Source: an uncultured Pelagibacteraceae bacterium | GTDB lineage: Bacteria > Pseudomonadota > Alphaproteobacteria > Pelagibacterales > AG-422-B15 | NCBI GenBank assembly: GCA_902584215.1 | Contig: CACHYW010000001.1 | Span: 26,065 to 90,064 of the forward strand | Direction of reading: 5' to 3' | Length of the DNA: 64,000 nt | In this document: positions 50,474 through 58,621 of the stretch, piece after piece | Layout: each line of letters starts with the position of its first letter | Numbering within the stretch: the first letter of the stretch is position 1 | Program-made: the position numbers and the translations under genes | The notes under the pieces: generated by a model | The model's input: the letters and a program-made list of their open reading frames with translations, nothing else | Database searches by the model: none | Told to the model about the DNA's origin: nothing

Positions 50474-52273
50474 ATGACTGGAACCAAAAATATCAGAAAC
50501 TTCTCAATTATTGCGCACATTGATCACGGTAAATCTACACTTGCAGATAGATTAATCCAATTTTGTGGCGGTCTGTCAGAACGAGAGATGAAGTCCCAAG
50601 TACTTGATTCAATGGATATTGAACGAGAAAGAGGGATTACTATCAAAGCACAGACAGTCCAATTAAAGTATAAGGCTAAAGATGGTGAAATCTATACATT
50701 AAATATCATAGATACCCCGGGCCATGTTGATTTCAGCTATGAAGTTAACCGCTCACTCTCAGCCTGTGAAGGCTCACTTCTTGTTGTTGACGCAAGTCAA
50801 GGCGTAGAAGCTCAAACACTAGCAAATTTATACCAAGCCGTTGAGAATGATCATGTTATTATTCCTGTCTTAAATAAGATTGATTTACCTGCAGCAGATC
50901 CTGAGAGAGTAAAAGGACAAATTGACGATATTCTTGGAATCGATACAAGCAATGTTTTAGAAATTTCGGCAAAATCTGGAATAGGCATAGAAGATGTACT
51001 CGAAACCATTGTAAATGATCTCCCTGCTCCTGTTGGGAGTACAACGGAACCTTTAAAAGCATTACTTGTTGATAGTTGGTACGACACTTACTTAGGTGTT
51101 GTGGTTTTGGTAAGAGTTATTAATGGTACATTGAAAAAAGGCATGGAAGTCAGGTTCCATCAAACTGACACCAAGCATTTAATTGAAAGAATTGGATGCT
51201 TTACTCCAAAAATGATTGTCAATGAAGAGATCAAAACAGGTGAACTCGGATTTATTACTGCTGCAATTAAAGAGGTTTCTCAAACCAAAGTCGGAGATAC
51301 TATTATTTTATCAAATGATAAGAAAACTCAACCATTGCCTGGCTTCAAACCCAGTCAACCAGTAGTATTTTGTGGTCTTTTTCCAACCAATGCAGCAGAC
51401 TTTAAATTCCTAAAAGATGCTCTTGCAAAACTAAAGCTAAATGATTCAAGTTTTCATTATGAGCAAGAAACCTCAGCTGCATTAGGCATGGGCTTTAGGT
51501 GTGGTTTCTTAGGATTACTTCACCTTGAAATTATAGTTGAAAGATTGGACAGAGAATTTGATTTAGATTTGATCACAACAGCTCCCAGTGTAATTTATGA
51601 CATATTACTTACTGATAATAGTAAAATTGAGCTTCATAATCCAGCGGACATGCCTGAGATAATGAAAATCAAGACAATTTCTGAGCCTTGGATCAAAGCA
51701 ACGATAATATGTCCAGATGAGTATTTAGGTAGTATCATTTCACTTTGTGAGGACAAAAGAGGCATTCAGAATGAACTGACTTATTCAGGATCAAGAGTAA
51801 TACTTACATATAGGCTGCCACTTAATGAAATTGTTTTTGATTTTTATGACAAACTAAAATCAATATCAAGCGGATATGCAAGCTTTGATTATGAAATTGA
51901 TCAGTATATGGAAAGTGATCTTGTTCGTTTAAGTATTCTAGTTAATGATGAATCTGTTGATGCCTTATCAATTATTGTTCATAGAAACTTTTCTGAGAAA
52001 AAGGGAAGAGCGGTGTGTGAAAAACTCAAGGAATTAATACCAAGGCATCAGTTTCATATACCTATTCAAGCAGCAATAGGAGGAAAAATAATTGCTCGAG
52101 AAACAGTACGCGGATACAGAAAAAATGTGATTGATAGAATTCATGGCGGTGGAGCTACGGATAGAAAAAGAAAACTATTGGATAAGCAAAAAAAAGGTAA
52201 GCAAAGACTTAGAACTTACGGAAAAGTTGATATTCCTCAAGAAGCATTTATCGCTGCTTTGAAGGTTGAATAA
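50474..52273 (+). CDS. lepA: translation elongation factor 4 (LepA)
   Basis: G domain [18 protein letters not shown], and the LepA C-terminal domain. I prefer ATG 50474 ([15 protein letters not shown]) over the track's 50417, which lies inside pheT. Confidence 0.95.
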   Translation: MTGTKNIRNFSIIAHIDHGKSTLADRLIQFCGGLSEREMKSQVLDSMDIERERGITIKAQTVQLKYKAKDGEIYTLNIIDTPGHVDFSYEVNRSLSACEGSLLVVDASQGVEAQTLANLYQAVENDHVIIPVLNKIDLPAADPERVKGQIDDILGIDTSNVLEISAKSGIGIEDVLETIVNDLPAPVGSTTEPLKALLVDSWYDTYLGVVVLVRVINGTLKKGMEVRFHQTDTKHLIERIGCFTPKMIVNEEIKTGELGFITAAIKEVSQTKVGDTIILSNDKKTQPLPGFKPSQPVVFCGLFPTNAADFKFLKDALAKLKLNDSSFHYEQETSAALGMGFRCGFLGLLHLEIIVERLDREFDLDLITTAPSVIYDILLTDNSKIELHNPADMPEIMKIKTISEPWIKATIICPDEYLGSIISLCEDKRGIQNELTYSGSRVILTYRLPLNEIVFDFYDKLKSISSGYASFDYEIDQYMESDLVRLSILVNDESVDALSIIVHRNFSEKKGRAVCEKLKELIPRHQFHIPIQAAIGGKIIARETVRGYRKNVIDRIHGGGATDRKRKLLDKQKKGKQRLRTYGKVDIPQEAFIAALKVE

Positions 52274-52363
52274 GGAAAGGTGGCCGAGTGGTTGAAGGCG
52301 CACGCTTGGAAAGCGTGTATGCGGGTGACCGTATCGTGGGTTCGAATCCCATCCTTTCCGCCA
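52274..52363 (+). tRNA. tRNA-Ser (anticodon GGA)
   Basis: 90 nt. Acceptor GGAAAGG/CCTTTCC, anticodon stem CACGC/GCGTG with loop TT-GGA-AA, a long variable arm, T arm GTGGG-TTCGAAT-CCCAT, and an encoded CCA. Confidence 0.95.
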
Positions 52364-52791
52364 ATTTTTTGAAAATGCTAATTGTCTAATTTATTTTCAA
52401 TGTAATCGAGCTTTGTGGTCAATTCTTCAACTTTGGATAAAATTCTTAAGATATTTAGAAAGCTTAAATAAATAATTAATATTAATAAAAAAATAAGTGA
52501 AATTAGAAGCGCATTTATCATTAAAAGAATCTATTTATAAATTAAAAGATAAAAAATACTTATTATTAATAATATTTTTATAAACCGCCTGTTATAAGTC
52601 CTACCATCCCAAGGATTAGCCATAAAACAAGCATTGCTTTTTCATCAAACTTTTTTGTACTTTCTATACCTTTAATCTGCTTTCTAGCAAATAAGGTTAG
52701 GAGCAATACAAGGACTATCAGGTATACTATTGTAAATGCCATAAGCAATTAGTGTAGCAAGTAAGAAATATTTGTATATAAAATATATGTA

Positions 52792-53994
52792 ATGAAATTT
52801 TTTAGACACTCTTCTTCCTTATTAGTGATAGTAGGTGGATGTGTTCTTTTATTAGTATCTTTTGGAATAAGACACTCATCTGGATTATATTTAATTCCTA
52901 TTTCTGACCATATACAAACTGGAAGAGAAGTGTTTGGTTTCGCCATTGCAATTCAATTCCTTATGATTGGGATTGGATCCCCAATCTTTGGAGCCATTGC
53001 AGATAAATATGGTTCATCTATTGCTGGTCTTTATGGAGCAATCTTTTTCTTAATTGGTCTTTATATGATGTCACTTGTAGAAGGATCAGGTCTCCTGATC
53101 GTTTCACAAGTAGTTTTTGGTTTTGGGTGTGCTGGATGTGGAACAGCAGTAATTCTCGGAGCTGTAGGAAAAGCGGTTACAGGAAAATACCAAACGTTGT
53201 CATTAGGTATTGTGATGGCTGCAGGTTCTTTGGGGCAATTCTTAATCGTTCCACTATCAGGATTTATGATCGAAGCAACCGATTGGCAAAAATCAATCGT
53301 CTATCTTTGTTTTATATCCCTAATCATGATTTTATTTGCCTTAACTCTAACAAAATCTTCTTTTAATTCAGGAAAGGATGATCAAGCTGCTCAATCATTA
53401 GCATCTGTACTCAATGAAGCTTTTGTAAATAAAAGCTATGTGTTGTTAACAGTTGGTTTTTTTGTATGTGGCTTTCATGTTTCATTTGTAGCAACACATT
53501 TACCAGCTTATTTGACTGACCTCTCATTACCTTTGTGGATTGGCTCTTGGTCGCTCGCTTTGATTGGTTTATTCAATGTTTTTGGGACATTATTTTTTGG
53601 TCATTTAGGTGATAAAAATTCTAAAAAAAATCTTCTAGTTATTTTATACACACTTCGTGCACTTTTATTCTTAGCATTTATATTTCTTCCTAAAACTGAG
53701 ATAACAGTACTAATTTTTGCTGCATTACTTGGTATTCTGTGGCTCTCAACTGTTCCTCTTACCAGTGGTATTATTTCTGTAATTTTTGGGACCAAATATA
53801 TGTCTATGCTGTATGGCTTTACATTCCTTTCACATCAAGTTGGTTCATTTATGGGCTCATGGTTTGGAGGTCGTTTTTATGATTTTTATGGCTCATACGA
53901 TATCATGTGGTGGGTGTGTGTAGTTCTTGGTTTTGTGTCTGCATTAATGCACTTTCCAATTACTGAAAAACCAATCAAAAGAAAAATTGCTTAA
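52792..53994 (+). CDS. MFS transporter
   Basis: 400 aa with about 12 TM segments and an MFS-type loop motif (GAIADKYGSS). Confidence 0.85.
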   Translation: MKFFRHSSSLLVIVGGCVLLLVSFGIRHSSGLYLIPISDHIQTGREVFGFAIAIQFLMIGIGSPIFGAIADKYGSSIAGLYGAIFFLIGLYMMSLVEGSGLLIVSQVVFGFGCAGCGTAVILGAVGKAVTGKYQTLSLGIVMAAGSLGQFLIVPLSGFMIEATDWQKSIVYLCFISLIMILFALTLTKSSFNSGKDDQAAQSLASVLNEAFVNKSYVLLTVGFFVCGFHVSFVATHLPAYLTDLSLPLWIGSWSLALIGLFNVFGTLFFGHLGDKNSKKNLLVILYTLRALLFLAFIFLPKTEITVLIFAALLGILWLSTVPLTSGIISVIFGTKYMSMLYGFTFLSHQVGSFMGSWFGGRFYDFYGSYDIMWWVCVVLGFVSALMHFPITEKPIKRKIA

Positions 53995-54086
53995 GTATAG
54001 ATTAAATTTATTTATTATTTTATTGATTCTATTACTAAATAAGTTTTCCACTTATCCACAAGTTAAGAAATACAAATAATTTTTTT

Positions 54087-54116
54087 TTGATTTAAAAATT
54101 TTATTAAAAATAATAT
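54087..54116 (+). promoter_or_regulatory. candidate sigma70 promoter for the leader plus LysE-family gene
   Basis: TTGATT (54087-54092), an 18-nt spacer, TAATAT (54111-54116), inside a nearly pure A/T stretch. Confidence 0.3.
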
Positions 54117-54122
54117 TGTCTA

Positions 54123-54236
54123 TTTATCGGAACAACGAAGTTCGAAAGCCTTTCGGGGAGTTTGTTCGGAGTTAGTCCGGAATTTCGGGGCGATATAGAG
54201 ACCTTTCGGGGTATTTGTAGCGCCCCGTTTTTTTTT
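54123..54236 (+). promoter_or_regulatory. structured G/C-rich 5' leader (riboswitch/attenuator-like) of the LysE-family gene
   Basis: Hairpins at 54141-54157 and 54166-54180, plus a terminator hairpin at 54186-54227. TTTCGGGG occurs three times (54151, 54183, 54204). There is no ATG on this strand anywhere in 53995-54271. Confidence 0.45.
54186..54236 (+). terminator. Rho-independent terminator
   Basis: CGGGGCG/CGCCCCG (7 G:C pairs), extended by TATAGA/TTTGTA and ACC/GGT around a 6-nt loop, followed by T9 (54228-54236). Confidence 0.7.
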
Positions 54237-54271
54237 GTGCTTTGTGTCTAAAAATCGGATACAAATTCCAT

Positions 54272-54898
54272 ATGTTTTTAGACTTTACCCTTCTATATTT
54301 TTTTATTCCTTTGTTTTTTGTTATTTCTATAACTCCAGGTCTTTGCATGACTCTTGCTTTAACTATGGGTATTACCATTGGTCTTAAAAATACGATGAAA
54401 ATGATGGTAGGGGAACTTGTGGGTGTCTTAATTGTTGCTGGAAGTGCAGTTATTGGCGGTGGTGCAATTATTTCATCATATCCAATGACATTTCTTTTTT
54501 TTAAATATGGGGGAGGAATTTATTTAATGTTTGTTGGCTATCAAATGTTCAATTCAAGAGGGTCACTGGCATTAAACTTAGATGGAACACATTCCTTTGA
54601 AATTAATTTTTTAAAGCTAGCAAGTCAGGGCTTTATTACTGCAGTTGCAAACCCTAAGGGATGGGCTTTTTTTATTGCTATGGTACCCGCATTTATCAAT
54701 TATGACTTAGCGCTTATGCCTCAGATGTCAGCATTGGTTCTCATCATATTAATAATAGAATTCATATCTTTAATGATTTACGCAACTGGCGGACAGATGC
54801 TTGGTATTATCTTGAAGAAACAAAAAAATATTCAATCAATAAATCGTTTAGCTGGTTTACTAATGGTAGGCGTTGGGATTTGGCTAGCTCTTAGTTAG
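54272..54898 (+). CDS. LysE/RhtB-family amino-acid exporter
   Basis: About 208 aa, six TM segments, LysE-type motifs (ISITPG..., ANPKGWAFF). I prefer ATG 54272, because the track's TTG 54242 begins 5 nt after the terminator T-run (54228-54236). Confidence 0.8.
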   Translation: MFLDFTLLYFFIPLFFVISITPGLCMTLALTMGITIGLKNTMKMMVGELVGVLIVAGSAVIGGGAIISSYPMTFLFFKYGGGIYLMFVGYQMFNSRGSLALNLDGTHSFEINFLKLASQGFITAVANPKGWAFFIAMVPAFINYDLALMPQMSALVLIILIIEFISLMIYATGGQMLGIILKKQKNIQSINRLAGLLMVGVGIWLALS

Positions 54899-55630
54899 AT
54901 TCTGCTTAAAAAGCATCCCAGGTCCTTTTGTTGAGTCATTCCCTGAACCACGAAACATATGCCATATCATTGCCTGGTTTGAAGATATAACAGGTTTACT
55001 CAGTACACGCTCTGCTTCATCTATTATTTTAAATGTTTTCAAATTTGTGCATGAAATAAATACTGCATCACAATCATTTTTTCCAATTTCTAATATTGCA
55101 CGCAAACTATCTCTCTCAGATATTCTTGCCACTACCGTGTCATCTGATTCATTAAATGATTTTTCTTCTGATATGCTAAAATTATCACTCTGAAGATTTT
55201 GTTTGAGTTTCTGAGTTACAGATTGTTCATAGGGTGAAACGAATGCAATATTCTTACATCCAAAGCTATTAAGCGCTTCCTTAACCGCTCTTATGGGATC
55301 TGTTATAAAAGTATTTTTATACTGTTCATTAATTAATTTATTAATTTTTTCAGAACCAATTACTGTTGCACCTGAGGTACATGCATATCCAATGCTGTTA
55401 AAGTCAATTTTTGGAAGCAGGTCCACCGCAATCGGTAAATCATTTTCCATTTTTGCAAGATTTTCATTATTGACAGACTGGTCACACGGAATCCTTGAGT
55501 GATAAATGGCCATATTTTCATCAAGCGTGCTTCTAATTTCTTGCTCAATTGTCTCATCACTTTGCAGTACGATTAATCCAAATCTCATACTGTAATAGTT
55601 TGGATCATCTAGCTCAAAATTTGATACCAT
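54884..55630 (-). CDS. Asp/Glu racemase superfamily protein (maleate isomerase / arylmalonate decarboxylase-like)
   Basis: 248 aa. Two Cys-containing motifs at the expected positions (GYACTSG and FISCTNL). Confidence 0.7.
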   Translation of the reverse strand: MVSNFELDDPNYYSMRFGLIVLQSDETIEQEIRSTLDENMAIYHSRIPCDQSVNNENLAKMENDLPIAVDLLPKIDFNSIGYACTSGATVIGSEKINKLINEQYKNTFITDPIRAVKEALNSFGCKNIAFVSPYEQSVTQKLKQNLQSDNFSISEEKSFNESDDTVVARISERDSLRAILEIGKNDCDAVFISCTNLKTFKIIDEAERVLSKPVISSNQAMIWHMFRGSGNDSTKGPGMLFKQNLTKS

Positions 55631-55635
55631 AAAAC

Positions 55636-57145
55636 TTATCTCGCTGCTTTTAATATTACGCTTCTAGTTTCTGTAGGATCAATTACTGCATCAATCTCAA
55701 GGTGAGCTGCGGCTTCAATTGCTTTTCCTTTTTCGTACAATTGATCGACCAACTTATTAAACAGTTCTTCTTTCTTTTTTCCGTCTTTTATTTCATCAAG
55801 TTCTTTTTTGAATCCAAGCTTGATGGCACCTTCTAATCCCATCGCTCCAAATTCTCCAGTAGGCCATGCAGCTGAGTATACTGGTTGGTGAAAGCTTCCC
55901 CCTGCTAATGCTTGTGCACCCAGTCCGTAACCTTTTCTTAAAAAAATTGTGATTAAAGGTATATTTATTTGCGAACCTATTTTAAAAAGAGCAGACATTC
56001 TTCTAACTGCCCCTTCTTCTTCACTATCGGGTCCAACCATAAAACCAGGGGTATCAACAAAAGAAATGATAGGAAGATTTTGAAGATTGCAAAGCTCAAT
56101 AAAACTTGCAGCTTTATCAGCTGACTCTGAGTCTATTGCCCCCCCCCAAATGTTGGCTATCGCTCGCCATCAATCCAAACGCTTTTCCTTCAATACGTAA
56201 AAGTCCTGTTACGATACTTTTCCCATATATCTGCTTGAGTTCTATAAAAGCATCTTTATCAGAAATGATATTAATAATATTTCTGATTGGATAAGACCAC
56301 TTTCTATTTTTTGGCATAATATCTTTTAATTGAGTCTGATCTTCAACTTTCCAATCAGCTAAATTACCTTGAAAGTAAGAAAGTATTTTCTTTGCTAAAT
56401 CTGTTGCTTCAGCTTCATCTTTTGCTACTAAATCAATAACACCATTTTTTTCATTTACCTCTGATGGACCAATTTCTTTTGGACTATAGGATCCAAGACC
56501 CCCTCCCTCAATCATTGCAGGGCCTGCCATACCGATCCATGAATTTTTAGTAGCTATTCTAATATCTGCACAGCCAAATAGAGCAGCATTTCCAGCAAAG
56601 CAGAAACCATTATTTATGGCAATTCGTAAGCACCTTCCAGTGAGACTTCCCCATAGAGCAAAAGTAGGTACATGCAATCCTGCTATACTTGTATTGATGT
56701 CTGTATCGCCTGGTCTACCACCTCCACCCTCAGTAAATATAACAATAGGTAGTTTGTATTTTTTTGCTTTCTCGCAAATTCGATCAAGCTTCATATGATG
56801 AAAATAACCTTGTGTTCCTGCTAAGACGGAATAATCGTATACAATAGCAACAGCATTAGTTGACTCATTGTCTATTATATTACCATTAATTTTACAGAAA
56901 CCAGTGATAACGCCATCACCAGAAGTTTCCATCAAAAGTTCTTCTTTGTTTTTACGACTTTTTTGAGCCGCCACAGCAAATGCTCCATACTCTAGAAAGC
57001 TATCTTTATCCACTAGATCAGAAAGATTTTCTCTTGCAGTTCTTAAATTTAGTTTATGCCGTTTATTTTTTGCATTCTCTCGAAAATCATCAGTTGTCTT
57101 GTGTAGCCGTTCAATAAATTCAGCAAAGTTTTTTTTGTCTTCCAT
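55636..57145 (-). pseudogene. acyl-CoA carboxylase carboxyltransferase (beta) subunit, interrupted by a frameshift in a G9 run
   Basis: ORFs 56117..57145 and 55636..56040 are the two halves of one carboxyltransferase. Deleting one G from the G9 run (C9 on the + strand, 56139-56147) restores ...SQHLGGAIDSESADKAASFIELCNLQNLPIISFVDTPGFMVGPDSEEEG..., a conserved carboxyltransferase stretch. Confidence 0.8.
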
Positions 57146-57153
57146 ATTTAACT

Positions 57154-57684
57154 CTATAGCATTTTTCTCAATATCTTATCCTTTTGAAAAACATGATGAT
57201 ATATGACAGCACTCAAATGAATAGAAAAAAGAATTAATAGAAAATAAGCTGACAACGCGTGGATTGCATAAAATTTATCAGCGAGATCATAGTTGTAGTA
57301 ATCAATTGATGCTTTTATAATGATAAAATTGACTTCCTCACCAGATAATAAAAGTTTACTTATGCCACTTATGGTAATGATTAGTAAAGTCATATAGAAA
57401 AGACCATGCACAATTCGAGAGGCAATAATCTGAATTTTGCTCATTAATATATTATCAATGGGCTTTGTATTAATTGATTTCCATATTAATCTAAGAAGAG
57501 TTACGTAAAAAATAGTCATGCCAATGATTGTATGAATATTTTCAATAGAAAGTTTAAATTCTGAAAATTCAAGATTATCTAAATATATTCCTAAAGGCAG
57601 TTGGAACAGTAATATTACAAAAGTAATCCAGTGAAAAAGACGTGCAAGAAATCCATAAGAATTAGTGTCATTTGTAATTTTCAT
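57154..57684 (-). CDS. cytochrome b561 family protein
   Basis: 176 aa, four TM segments, with His residues in TM helices (FHWITF..., H in TM2-4) as in CybB-type proteins. Confidence 0.75.
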   Translation of the reverse strand: MKITNDTNSYGFLARLFHWITFVILLFQLPLGIYLDNLEFSEFKLSIENIHTIIGMTIFYVTLLRLIWKSINTKPIDNILMSKIQIIASRIVHGLFYMTLLIITISGISKLLLSGEEVNFIIIKASIDYYNYDLADKFYAIHALSAYFLLILFSIHLSAVIYHHVFQKDKILRKML

Positions 57685-57701
57685 ATTATATAATTAAGTT
57701 C

Positions 57702-58154
57702 ATGATTAATTTTTTTCAATTTCTAATCTCCTCAATTCTATCGATATTACTATTAATTGTAATTGCTTTTGCGGACGATCATGGAAATATTATCAAGGAG
57801 AGAAAGTCACTATTTAAGCAGAATTATAGTCATGCTAAGAGAATGAGTGCTGAAATTACTAAAGGGAATAACGAGAAAGTGATTGAGCTATCACAAAAGA
57901 TGAGCACAAATTATGACAAGCTTTTAGATTTATTTCCAGATAACACCAAAACAGGCTACGATACAGAGGCTTTGCCAACGATATGGCTACAAAAAGAAGA
58001 GTTTAATACTCTAATGATAGAGACGTCGAATAAAGTTAAGGAGTTTACAATTCTAGCGTCTGATCTTACTGGCAATGAATTAAAAGATGCTCAAAAGAAA
58101 TTAATCTGGTCAAGTTGTAAGACTTGTCACGATAAATTTAGAATGCCTCATTAA
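57702..58154 (+). CDS. class II c-type cytochrome (cytochrome c'/c-556-like)
   Basis: 150 aa. A signal/TM segment and a single CxxCH (CKTCH) close to the C-terminus, as in class II cytochromes c. It is divergent from the b561 gene. Confidence 0.65.
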   Translation: MINFFQFLISSILSILLLIVIAFADDHGNIIKERKSLFKQNYSHAKRMSAEITKGNNEKVIELSQKMSTNYDKLLDLFPDNTKTGYDTEALPTIWLQKEEFNTLMIETSNKVKEFTILASDLTGNELKDAQKKLIWSSCKTCHDKFRMPH

Positions 58155-58156
58155 AC

Positions 58157-58591
58157 TTAAGCTACAATTGTCATACTAATTATTCTTCTTATACCAGGAT
58201 CATTATTTTTATAACGATGTTCAAATATAAAAACTCCTTGCCATGTTCCTAAATCAAGTTTTTTCTCTTTGATAGGTATATTAATACTTGTATTTGTTAG
58301 AGCTGACTTAATATGAGCTGGCATATCGTCAGGTCCTTCTTCCCTATGTGCATAATTTTCTGATTCAGGGACTACACGATCAAAAAAATCCAATATGTCC
58401 TTCAGAACGTTTGGATCAGCATTTTCTTGAATAATAAGTGATGCTGAAGTGTGCTTAATAAATAATGTACACAAGCCCTTTGCTATTCTGTGCTTTGCAA
58501 TAGCCTGGTTTATTATTTCCGTGATATTATAAAGCCCTTTGCCGTCAATAGTAATTTCGAGTTCTTTTTGGATTAACATTTTAGATATCAA
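58157..58591 (-). CDS. YjbQ/UPF0047 family protein
   Basis: 144 aa. HTSASL...EN and GTWQGV..EHR motifs. Confidence 0.8.
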   Translation of the reverse strand: MISKMLIQKELEITIDGKGLYNITEIINQAIAKHRIAKGLCTLFIKHTSASLIIQENADPNVLKDILDFFDRVVPESENYAHREEGPDDMPAHIKSALTNTSINIPIKEKKLDLGTWQGVFIFEHRYKNNDPGIRRIISMTIVA

Positions 58592-58621
58592 TAATTAAGA
58601 ATTTAAATTAAATTTAAAATA

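Noticed and set aside
52364-52791. A possible integrated element or genomic-island boundary next to tRNA-Ser.
   Set aside because: There is no integrase, no phage or IS genes, and by eye I found no direct repeat of the tRNA 3' end downstream. The next genes are ordinary transporters.
54052-54060. A perfect DnaA box TTATCCACA, preceded by the near-copy TTTTCCACT, lies in a very AT-rich intergenic stretch and could mark a replication origin.
   Set aside because: There is only one perfect box, no cluster of boxes, and no origin-typical neighbouring genes (dnaA, hemE, parAB and the like). A single 9-mer match is within chance expectation for a window of this size (not computed precisely). It might still be a DnaA-titrating or regulatory site, but I cannot support calling it oriC.
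54171-54192. GUCCGGAA in the leader resembles the conserved SRP (4.5S) RNA domain IV core.
   Set aside because: The rest of the SRP core (GGAAGCAGCC, symmetric loop partners, a long closing helix) is absent. The element sits in a 5' leader that ends with a terminator.
54144-54211. Partial resemblance to the Mn2+ yybP-ykoY riboswitch (GGGGAGU near the 5' side, AGACCUUUC near the 3' side).
   Set aside because: The region is too short for the four-way junction, and the other conserved loop nucleotides I remember are missing. The downstream gene is RhtB/LysE-type rather than MntP/TerC-type. Only a covariance-model search could settle this.
54172-54378. A 68-aa minus-strand ORF spanning the leader and the start of the LysE gene, and the TTG 54242 start given for the LysE ORF.
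   Set aside because: The minus ORF crosses the terminator hairpin and overlaps the start of the exporter gene, and it has no motifs. TTG 54242 begins only 5 nt after the terminator T-run (54228-54236), and the family-typical N-terminus begins at ATG 54272.
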